DNA of 64,000 nt, taken from NCBI GenBank assembly GCA_002269645.1, contig NIVC01002200.1, positions 130,216 through 194,215 on the forward strand, given 5' to 3'. Under the pieces are notes generated by a model. It searched no databases. It was not told where the DNA came from and was given only the letters and a program-made list of their open reading frames with translations. Positions 23,501-33,800 of this stretch are shown in pieces. A program made the position numbers and the translations under genes. Every line of letters begins with the position of its first letter. Position 1 is the first letter of the stretch. This DNA comes from Macrostomum lignano. Lineage: Eukaryota.

Positions 23501-26500
23501 TATCGTCGCTTGATGGTTGCAGAGTTGCTTTTGCAGCTTTTTTACTTGACTGGATTGGAGCGAAAATCGCAGTTGCAGCGCTCGATCTCTGTTGATGCAT
23601 GTAGCTGTCACATCAGGTGCCCGCTTCGAAGTGCCTGGAGCAGCTGCAGTGTCCTCCTCAGCATCCCACCTTGTTAGAACAGGCGGATATAGTTTGTCAG
23701 CGTCTGCATCAGTCCTTGTTATCTCCAGCTCGCTTTCAAGCTTTAGCCGGGGCAGTACTAGCAGCTTGTTTGGTACTGCACTGCATTCCATAGCAATCGA
23801 GTAGATGCCTCATGCCGAAATGTGGGGCAGCTGTAATCTGAATCGTCGAAATGTGCACTGCAGACTTTCAACTCGCGCTTTCGAATCGCTGTAAGCTCTA
23901 AATCCAGCTCCAGAATTCCTTTCCATCGAGTAGCCACCGCGTCATCTGCAGGGAATCTGTACATTCGCACTGGAGTTCCAATATCACAAGTGTATGCTTG
24001 TGTTGTGTTTGTGCAAGTGGCTGCACAAACACACTTTTTGAGCTAAATGTAGAAGTTTGCGTGGCCATGACCTAGCCTAAAGTCAGGAATGTATACTTTA
24101 GAAGATTGTACATATGGTTGAAAACTTCTTTTCCGATTGATTTCGTTTTAGTCACTGATAAGAATGTTTATTATGATTTGCATTTACACTATCGTCCTAA
24201 GAGTAGTATCATTTTTGGTCCCCACATCGAGATAGGGAGTGACCTATCTAGTTATATAGTATCTGTGGTAAAAACCTGAAAAAGCCACAAAAACATAAAA
24301 TAACTTGTATATCAGTGTAAGAAACCTGGACTTGGGATCATACCTGTACAAAGTTTATGTCTAACTTTCTAAATACATGTGTGTTTTCGGTGTATTTTAC
24401 TTGTGTAACTAAATTTTCCTAATCCTTACTAAATCATTAACTGAATTCCAATGTAAAAAACTGGGAAATCGGTCTGAAAAGACTGGCTATTAATAATAAT
24501 GGATAAAAATGTTCCTTACTTTTTCCTCATGAGCAGGAGATCCGTCACGACAATCTTGATGGCATCGATCGCTCAGTGTCAGGCTGCTATACCCATCTGC
24601 TGTTACGCTGTCGCACTTTGTCAGCCTACGCGGTGACCATCCCAGGCGACAAGCTCGGCCAAGATGTCTATCAGTCTCTGCGCAGCCTGTCCGACTTGCT
24701 CACCAGTCGTCGAGCTGTTGAACAGCGTCTCTGCTTTCAGTTTGTCTTCCGCCTGCCCGGCTGTGCCAACGGTTGGGAAAAGTACAATTTAAATCGGCCT
24801 AGCAGCCTGCCGGACACTTGCGATCCGACCGATTGGCGGCTTAGCCTAGCCAATGCCGGTCAGAAATTGTGCCCAGGATATCCGGACAGTCTAATTGTGC
24901 CGGCCAGAGTGTCCGACAGTCAGTTGGCCGAGTCTGCCAAGCATCGGATTGGCGGCCGACTGCCAGTGCTGGCCTATCTGCACCCGGCTAGTCGGCGTTT
25001 CTTATTGGTTGGCGCCGGCGTTGCCAATGACAACAAACGGTGCCCGGCCGATTTGGCCGTTCTGGCCGCAGCTCTGGATATCAGTTGCCGGCTAGCAGGT
25101 GGACAGCGCCTGTTTGGCTGTTTGGTTGACACGAGATCAGCTAAGGCGGCTAAGGCTGAAGGTGATTCCGGGCGATTGCGTCTCGCTGTGCTTTGGCTGG
25201 GATTATTTGCTGGCTGCCTTAGTTACCTGTATTTGCTCTCTTTAAGCTGTAATGTATCGTTGGTTATGTTTTGGATGCTGTAATGTTTTTATGGTTTCTG
25301 TTATGGATGCTGTAATGCCTCCTTTGTTTCCAATATAAATAGGCCTGTGTGTTAAACAAATCGTGCTTGATTACATTATACTCTAACACTTGGCTAATGC
25401 CTCTCCTAGGTGGCATCGAGCCGCCACAGCACTACAACCAGTGGCGCGCCCGCTACCTGGACCTGCCCCCAGTCGGCGATCTGCTGACCTCTCTCTGCCG
25501 CCTCGTCGGTTCGTTGGCCGCCGAATCGCTGGACGCCGGGCTCCCGCGGCAATTCAAAAAGTCCGAGTCCAGCAGCGGAGGCGGCAGTGGCGCCGGATCT
25601 GCAAGCAGCGGCGCGCCGCACTGGATGGACGCGTTGCAGCGAACCCTTGACGCTGCCAACCAGCTGGCCGGCCTGTTGGACGGGCCGGCCGCTCGCGAAT
25701 TTGCCTGCGTGTTTTTGCACGGCCGAACTGGCCGCGACTACAGCCTGCTGCTGGCCGCCCTGGTGCAGGTCATGCTGTGCCCGCTGGCTAGGCAGTTCGA
25801 CGGCTTCTTGGTAGGCTATTGGCGACAGCTTGAAAGCTTTTAAGCCTCGCCAATCCCCCAGTGTACACAGGTCATTTAGACCTAGACCTCACCCATCCCA
25901 AATGTACACACAGGCCATTTTAGACTCAGCCCTCACCTGATCGCAAAGCACATTCCTCAGGTGTGTGCATTATAAAAGCGCACAATCGGTGACTCTATTC
26001 TGAATTTAACCCTCTTTGCTTCCCTGCCCGCCGCGTCACAGGCCGTCATTGACCGCGCATTCGTGCAGTTCAGCCACCCGTTCCACCGCCGCTGCGCCCG
26101 CTCGGCTCTCTACAGCCTCCAGCCGCAGCAGCAGCAGTCCTCTCAACAGCAGCAACAGCAACAGCAGCAATTGCTGCAACAACAACAGCTAGCAGAGTCT
26201 GCCCCAGTCTTTCTGCTCTTCCTAGACTGCTGCCGCTGCCTGTGCCGTCAGTATCCGGCCGCGTTCGAGTTCAGCGAAGACCTGCTAATCAGCCTGGCTG
26301 AGAATGCCTACTGCTCAAACTATGGCACCTTCTTATTTGACGATTGCGCCAGCCGTGCGCGCCTGCAGGCCGCCGAGTCCACGGTGTCGCTCTGGTCGCA
26401 TTTCGACCAGCCATCGATTCGATCCAATTTGATTAATCCCCTGTACAACCTGCGACGGCCTGTGTCGCAGGCTGTTCTGCTGGCCGACACCCGGCCGGCC

Positions 26501-26647
26501 GAGTTGACGCCCTGGACGGAGCTCTATTTGGGCGCCGTGTGCTGTCCTCTGGCCGAGGCGCCGCCACCCAGGGAACGATTGGCCGCTAGGCTGGCCGATT
26601 CCTTGCAACGCGAACGAGAATTGGAGGAGCGGCTGGCTGGATTGTGA
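14530..26647 (+). CDS. MTMR9: Myotubularin-related protein 9-like pseudophosphatase, ~590 aa, 4 coding exons
   Basis: Exons 14530-14670 ([15 protein letters not shown]..., ATC|gtaagt), 24537-25161, 25410-25810 and 26042-26647. All junctions are GT-AG and phase-compatible, 1773 nt total. The N-terminus resembles the MTMR6-9 PH-GRAM start. The active-site loop reads [10 protein letters not shown] (Cys replaced by Gly, as in MTMR9). PVFLLFLDC and [28 protein letters not shown] motifs and a C-terminal coiled coil are present. Confidence 0.85.
15405..17213 (-). mobile_element. 5'-truncated non-LTR retrotransposon with RT thumb, RNase H and C-terminal CCHC knuckle (I-group, LOA/Lian-like), degenerate
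   Basis: ORF 15854..17323 has [21 protein letters not shown] and RNase H-like [30 protein letters not shown]. Frameshifted ORF 15502..15987 has [18 protein letters not shown]. The 3' end carries (TAAGTCAAG)2. Confidence 0.88.
17214..20300 (-). mobile_element. 3' part of an EnSpm/CACTA (CMC) DNA transposon
   Basis: CACTGTAA terminus at 17214 is followed by GGTCC/GGACC-rich subterminal repeats to ~17530, including two ~82-bp direct copies. The transposase C-terminal fragment 20300-19691 reads [30 protein letters not shown], matching the animal EnSpm KxHxxxHYP...WxMRxExxH motif. A second ORF follows. Confidence 0.75.
17947..19569 (-). CDS. Transposon accessory ORF (~540 aa): N-terminal CIDE-N/ubiquitin-fold-like domain plus SAMD3-like body
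   Basis: Acceptor aatttcag| at 19570, then an open frame to the stop at 17947. The N-terminus [14 protein letters not shown]...[31 protein letters not shown] fits the CIDE-N pattern. ILTYPGLSD...[14 protein letters not shown] and [12 protein letters not shown] resemble SAMD3-like transposon-associated proteins. The start exon was not located. Confidence 0.7.
   Translation of the reverse strand: MRITNRDGSRKRLVKPSSFNQLLEQGCAKLELETTCEIQVVTADGFVVDDDDFLPDLAASKTELIFLHQGEAWAPPAPAASNVATLPSNDASGSETAGDTAPDDQTAAASTSAASAEGSKPWPLLYRLPRMLDLDEALQDLRRNPKRGEDFKMKATFVNTFLKYTINDIFRNYKSMSNPYLSAGEIRDVCNAIILTYPGLSDTSPDGCQFWRVKITRRLKELRSKILPQCSSPMVLNSREKFRCKRVPLDAAEKHANIEAAVVADDGGDSEEDVDPVKEPKEKRLLLDQSDACSIAKSVYLGSCEIDEVPPRHEEAWKSLNQSFNLMQINDVLEAMKDLFAVRILRCQELTIKEQVNLYKPLVLCPVILQEAYLMIDTYRSNTKTDYILPESPSDIGKNIRTALLQRVWPKRITMKNYKMCQPFLVDTDDDEKKIAAAFCLLLGRTGCNPSVIFLPELPIHIIQQGEGDVWCGVSINGAELLFDSPGDIIVCFTACFVAFNLQHIPCIESFLEAIEVLSKLWKCSAVSRRPAKTLLDALG
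20301..21830 (-). mobile_element. 5'-truncated RTE-clade LINE with open RT domain and (TTA)n/T tail
   Basis: ORF 20370..21962 has [50 protein letters not shown] and [11 protein letters not shown] short 3' UTR ends in tattattattattatttttttttt. GC-rich against AT-rich flanks. Confidence 0.92.
21831..24068 (-). pseudogene. Degenerate P-element (THAP9-like) transposase with THAP domain and one intron
   Basis: THAP: KCVCAATC...YRFPADD...RW...VCSAHF...LLWNAV (~24030-23780). Transposase motifs: [33 protein letters not shown] and [10 protein letters not shown]|NLFSLV, joined across a GT-AG intron at 22245-21966. Several in-frame stops and frameshifts. Confidence 0.88.
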
Positions 26648-28649
26648 GCGCTTTTTAATTTAATATGCGCGTCTGTCTACTAGCATAAGTAGTGTGATTT
26701 TCAATTGAGGCTTATTGTGTTTAGAGCTTGAGTCTTTCCTGTCGCTTCTCCGGTGGGGTTGCTGCTACACTTTCCTTTAGATTGGCTCCTGATACCCTCC
26801 TTGATTGGCTGCTGATACTGATACCCTCCTTGATTGGCTCAGCTGATACCTTCGTCGCTGGCTGATGCAGCTACTACCAATTATCCAGCACGTGTAGTTT
26901 AAAATTAACTCAAAAATTCTCCTTTCAGAAAGCGGCAACAGCTTTCGGATAATTCAACTGACGGATGCGCTGCTTAACTAATTGGACAGACAACTATAGA
27001 CAGACAAGCTGAACTTTAAAATTTAGCAATAAACCCATTCGCCGCTCTATACACATACAATAAGTACATTACAGAGCAAGTACATTACAGATGAATGAAA
27101 ATGATCGTGATTTCCTATAAATATATAGTGTCTGATGATGAAATTATAAAAACAGTACTTTACTTACGTATTTCTATTATTCACTTGTTTCGCAAGTATA
27201 TTTCTGTATTCCATGTGTCTTTTAAATAAACGAAACGAATAATTTAGTCTTGTTTAGTTTAAATCAACATATCATCAGCATTTGAAGCCTGCTGTGTTCT
27301 TGACGGTCCCTCATACGGACTGTACAGCGGGCCCCAACTTTCTAATCTTCAGGCATGTACACTCTCTGAGTTAAACATCTGCCCCTGACTATATTATCCA
27401 TGTAATTTAAGGTGAAATTCACAGGAAAAAACTGGAAAATTTTCACTTAAAACTGGTAAAACAACGCACGTCGCTACGGTACGTATAGCCGGTGCCCAGA
27501 CTCGCACGCGCCACGTGCTCACAGCTGTGATGATGATGATTATAATTATTATTATGAGTAAATATAGTAAACACAGTTTATACGTAGAAAGCTGGACGAT
27601 ACGGAGATTAAATCAGAAGTACAGTGCAACATGAACTGGGCCATCAGTATTCAAATATATACAACTCGAAGCGGTTGTTGTTGCCGCTGCAATGAAAAAA
27701 AGAAACCTAAGCATAGTCAGCAGCAACATGTTAGAGTTTCCACCCCGGAAACCAGTTCATAACTATCTACTCTCTCCTTACCAGCCTCAGCTGAGGCCAT
27801 GTGACGCAGTTGAGACGAGAATCGTGGGCGTAGTGAGTAAAGTTGACTGGTCAGCCAGATTGGATGCTCCGAATATACTGCTACTAGTAGTTTTGCTTTT
27901 CAGTACTAAATAGTAAGATAGGAGACGGCAATTAAAAAGTGGATTTAAAATATTCAGTAAAAAACGCAGTCCACACAAATTCAAGTAGTACATGCAAGGC
28001 AACTTGAGAATGGAATGTGGATTTTTCTTCTCGAATTAAATACGTGTTAAAACTGAACTTGTGATAGAAATATTGGGAATGCAATTAATTTTGAATTGAC
28101 AGCGTCACAATGTATTGGAATATGCGCTGTCCTGATTCAATCAACTGTACTGATCATAATTCAAGACGCATCTTAAAAAATGATTTGATCAAAACAGAGA
28201 TTCTAATAATAAGAGATTTTACCTTAAAAACGCATGGGAGATTCCAAGAAATAAAATTATTAACAAAAGCTAACCCAATAAATTAATATAAGCTGTAGAA
28301 CATTATTCAAAAAATTAGATTTCAAAGTGGCTATTAAAGTGCAATGTGGAGTCGGAATGTGGAAGTTTTTAAAGAAAAGGGTCAAGTTCGGCCTAGTATT
28401 ACAGGTAAGGTAAATTACGCTATGACTACCTGAACAGTCGCTTGTGTTTTCAGTTAGAAGCTTATTAAACTAGTCATTTCATTACAAGCTTTCATACTAC
28501 TTAATAAATAGCTTACAACAAAAAACCTCTAATGATTCTGTTCCGACTGTTAAAAATACCCCTAAGAGTTGAAACGAAATGGAATATAATTATGTATACA
28601 AAAAAGAAACAGGTGTCAATCAGAAAGATTAGTTCTCAACAAGGAAATT

Positions 28650-30732
28650 TTACAGCCACCATTCCTGACCACGGACAGCCGGCAGGCCGCCCTCGGCGTG
28701 CTGCAACGCCACGTCGGGATCGTCGGTGAGGTCGGCGGCTTTAGCCTCGTTAGTCCAGTAGTCGCCGCGCTCGAATGTGTAGTTGCGGAAGAAGCAGATC
28801 ACTCCAATCAGCAATAGGAGAGCCAGGGCGCCAACCACGGCTAGGATTATTATTATCTGGTTCTGCCGCTCGATGTCCTCGGGTCGGGCGAATTCCAAAT
28901 TCGGCGGAATAGTCGGATACGGCCTGCGGACAGTCGGTTAAGAGTGCAGGCTATGAGGGTAGAAATCTGACTGTGATAGTAGAGATCCGACTGTGATAGT
29001 AGAGATCCGACTGTGATAGTAGAGATCTGACTGTGATAGTAGAGATCCGACTGTGATAGTAGAGATCTGACTGTGATAGTAGAGATCTGACTGTGAGGGT
29101 AGAGATCTGACTGTGATAGTAGAGATCTGACTGTGATAGTAGAGATCTGACTGTGATAGTAGAGATCTGACTGTGATAGTAGAGATCCGACTGTGATAGT
29201 AGAGATCTGACTGTGATAGTAGAGATCCGACTGTGATAGTAGAGATCTGACTGTGATAGTAGAGATCTGACTGTGATAGTAGAGATCCGACTGTGATAGT
29301 AGAGGAGATCCGACTGTGATAGTAGAGATCCGACTGTAATAGTAGAGATCTGACTGTGATAGTAGAGATCCGACTGTGATAGTAGAGATCTGACTGTGAT
29401 AGTAGAGATCTGACTGTGAGGGTAGAGATCCGACTGTGATAGTAGAGATCTGACTGTGATAGTAGAGATCTGACTGTGATAGTAGAGATCCGACTGTGAT
29501 AGTAGAGATCTGACTGTGATAGTAGAGATCCGACTGTGATAGTAGAGATCTGACTGTGATAGTAGAGATCTGACTGTGATAGTAGAGATCTGACTGTGAT
29601 AGTAGAGATCTGACTGTGATAGTAGAGATCTGACTGTGATAGTAGAGATCTGACTGTGATAGTAGAGATCTGACTGTGATAGTAGAGATCTGACTGTGAT
29701 AGTAGAGATCCGACTGTGATAGTAGAGATCTGACTGTGATAGTAGAGATCCGACTGTGATAGTAGAGGAGATCCGACTGTGATAGTAGAGATCCGACTGT
29801 AATAGTAGAGATCTGACTGTGATAGTAGAGATCCGACTGTGATAGTAGAGATCTGACTGTGATAGTAGAGATCTGACTGTGATAGTAGAGATCTGACTGT
29901 AAGGGAGAGATCTGACTGTAAGGGAGAGATCTGACTGTGGGGGTAGAGATCTGACTCTGTAAGGGAGAGATCTGACTGTGAGGGTAGAGAGACCTCACTC
30001 TGTGAGGGTAAAGATCTCACTATGCGAGGGTAAAGATCTCACTCTCTGACTGTAGAGATCTGACTTTAAGAATAGAGATCTCACTATGGGAACAGAGATG
30101 ATTATGAGAATAACAGATCTCACTATGGGGATAGAGAACAGAAGTCAATCAAAGAGAAAAATTATAAGAATAAATACTTCGAAGTATCAAATAACTTTTC
30201 AACTTTGGAGACCTATGGGAATACATATGGGAAGACTTATTGGAATACTTTTAGACGAAAACCTAGATCAAGAACAGAGATCAGAAACTATCATGATACC
30301 AGGTTACGAAAAAACTCACCGAATCTCGGCCGGGTCGTCAATCGGCAGGACCTCTTCGATACCGCAGTAGTTCTCCGTAATGCCCGACGACTTAAATACC
30401 CGGCTATTGTTGGGCTCCTGGAAGGCGGCTTTCAATGGGAAGAAATTATTAAACTGCACGTTGTAGATGCAGCCCTCGAATCCAACAGGCATGCTGGAGT
30501 TGCGCCCGATGTAGATCACGGCCGGATTGTCCAGCCGGGTGTCCGACGTGGCGCTCAATATGTTGGAGAAGTCCCTGAACTGCACCGGATAGTCGTCCAC
30601 TTTGATGTTCACCTGCGCGTGGCGCCAGAGGCGGTTTCATCTATGTACCCATCTATCTATCTGTCTTGGTGTCCGTCTGTCCATCCATCTATCTTAGTGT
30701 CCGTTCGTCTGTCTGTCTGTCTGTCTGTATCG

Positions 30733-30767
<35 letters not shown>

Positions 30768-30774
30768 GATCTAT

Positions 30775-30815
<41 letters not shown>

Positions 30816-30822
30816 GATCTAT

Positions 30823-30889
<67 letters not shown>

Positions 30890-33800
30890 CTCATAAATCC
30901 AAATCCTGCAGTACACAATGAAATAAACTAAAAGCGGCAAGCAAACAAACCTGCCGCCCAGCCTTGGTCCTGTACACAACCACAGTGTGATGCTGATCGT
31001 TAGTCAAGTCCACGTCCAAACTGCTAGTAGTAACTTCGTACCACTGGAAGCCAAGGTTGATTTCAACAGTGATACCGCCGGCATTGTTAATTCGAACAAT
31101 TAACGACTCGGACGGGCCGCCCAGCCTATTATTGGCCGGAATGTCCTCGTTGCGGATCTGCATCAGTATGCCAACTTTAGCTCTGGTCTTGAAGCCAACC
31201 TGAATGTACTCGTCAATAGTATTGATGCCTTTAGCGCGTTCAGGCTGGGATATGTCTATCTTGATAATATCGGCGCTGGATTTGAACGTAGCACCGACTG
31301 TGCGGCCGCAGATGTAGCCTCTGTAAGGCGTCATGCCGCACTCGCAATAATAATGCGAATAATATTCCATGCATTCGGCCCGGTTTAGGCAGGGATTCTC
31401 TTCGCAGCGAGGCTGGCAGCCCGCCAACAAGCCGTAGGTGACCTCCTTGCGTTCAACCTTGCCGCGCAGGTCCTGCACTACTCCGTTGATCATCAGGTTG
31501 GACAGGCAGCCTAGGTAGCCTTCGTTGTAGTTCTGCGTTGCGCCAACGTACAACTTACCGTCAAACTGCAGGAATTGGAAGGCCTGATCGGCTGGCTCGC
31601 GATCGCGGCGGATCTCGTCCTGCGGGATGGGATTTGGGATTTGGGAATATTCTTACGGGTTGGATTTGGGAAGATTCTTACAGGTTGGATTTGGGAAGAT
31701 TCTTACAGGTTGGATTTGGGAAGATTCTTACAGGTTGGATTTGGGAAGATTCTTACAGGTTGGATTTGGACAGATTCTTACAGGTGGGATTTGAACAGAT
31801 TCTTACAAATGGGATTTGGGAAGATTTTTAAAGGTTGGATTTGGGGAGACTCTAAAAGGTGGGTGTTTGGGAAGATTCTTACAGACAGGATTTGGGAATT
31901 CTTATAGGTTGGATTTGGGAAGATTCTTACAAATGGGATTTCGAAATATTCTTACAGGTTGGATTTGGGAATATTCTTACAGGTTGGATTTGGGAAGATT
32001 CTTACAGGTTGGATTTGGGAAGATTCTTAAAGGTGGGTATTTGGGAAGATTCTTACAGGTTGGATTTGGGAAGATTCTTAAAGGTGGGTATTTGGGAAGA
32101 TTCTTACAGGTTGGATTTGGGAAGATTCTTGCAGGTGGCATTTGGGGAGATTCTTAAAGGTGAGTATTTGGGAAGATTCTTACAGACAGGATTTGGGAAT
32201 TCCTGTCTGTTTTCGAGATTTTTATCGGCGGTATTTGGGAAAACTGTTACACGTGGGATTTGCAAAGATTTTAAGGATTTCCCATGTATCCCACTAATAC
32301 TTACCTGGTCAACTCGCAGAGTGAACTCTTTCCTATTTCGCTCAAACTGTACAATATGCCATTCGTTGTCATTATAAATCACAGTGACCTGACTCTCGCC
32401 GGGACTGTTACTGAAGGCCACTGAGCTGATTGACAGAACGCCAAAGCCAGCATTAAATGAAAATTGAATCTCTCTGCCGCGTTTCAACCTGGCCTCTAAA
32501 AAGTGCTGAGTCTTATTGCCGGTGATCTGAAAGAACACCGCGTCAGTCTGAGTAGTCTTGAACAAGAATCGGATATCAAGCTCAGTCTCGGAATAGACCC
32601 GCTCCAGTTCAATGGTGGCGTCAGTTTTTCTATAAGTGACAGCATTGTCAAACAGCGTATCTCCGGTGCACTCCAGAGGCCCCAGAGTGAACTGGCCCTC
32701 TTTCAAGTCGGCAGTGCTGCCCGTGTCGCCAAATCTCAGCTGAGTAACCGGCAGGTCCTCCTTGTAGGTAAAGTAGCCGGTGTCCTGCTGATAATCAGAC
32801 GCGTCGGCCACCTCGTTGAAACTGTCGCAGTTGCACTCGGCGCCGCGCTGACAGGTGCCGGTGACGCCGCAGGCGCATCGCTGAATACCCGGGGCGGAGC
32901 CGCCCCAATAGTAGCGAGGCTGGCCCCGTCTGGACACCCACCAGGACCAGGCCCGATTGAACAGAGAGGTCTGGCCCAGAGTTGGCCGGCTGAGCAGGCG
33001 GGCGTTCCGGCATCGATAATTGATCATCTGGCGGCAGGAGACGCTGCGCCGGACCAGCTCGGCTAGCGCTGTGGTGGACGTCTTATAGTCGACGTTGTAA
33101 ATGAAGCTTCCGGGTAGTTGAAATCCATCGACCTAAATTTGATAGCAACGCGTGTAATATTATTTTACTTTTGATGAGTCTAACATTTTGCAAAGACAGG
33201 AGTTGACGTCTTCATTTCCCCGTACACAGTCGCACAGGAGTGCGTAGCGGCACTCACTTTTTATCGTTAGGCATGTGCACTTTACTGTGCCTTGGGGGTT
33301 GGCCTTTAGGAGCGTTAATTGCACGGGCAGACCCAAGCCGAGATACCAATTTAGCCTCAAATTAATATGACTGCATTTGGAATCGAGCCTGGGCCGCTGG
33401 CACAAAAGGAGGCGCTAAACCACTAGGCTACGTAGGCTACGGACCCCCTACGGTACAGCATCAAAATAGGTCTTTATAGTTGACCTTCAAGAGCCGCTAT
33501 CAGAGCAAAAAACTTATATAGTCATACGTTTAAGATACATAGATCAACGTTTGAATTTGTACGCACCAGAGTGTCAGCCTTGGCAGTGTGGTTAACAATA
33601 GTGCGGACGACATTGTCGCGGAAAACGCAGCTAACTTTGATTGGATCCAATATCTGCGAGCCATCAATGTCTATAGTGATGTTTTTCTCGCTAATTGTTG
33701 GATATAACAGTTGCATCTCGGAGCAAGAGGTGAAGAATGTTGATTCGTGACAGACGGCGCTATCTCTGTAGCCTTCCGGACAATCGCAGAAGAATTCGTC

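Noticed and set aside
24515-24536. Possible P-element TIR (cttactttttcctcatg) resembling the MITE end
   Set aside because: It coincides with the MTMR9 polypyrimidine tract and acceptor; the similarity is weak and there is no partner end or TSD.
30205-30921. Plus-strand ORFs overlapping Nrx-IV, MTMR9-intron TEs and paralog exons
   Set aside because: These are antisense shadows of GC-rich real exons, extended by microsatellites.
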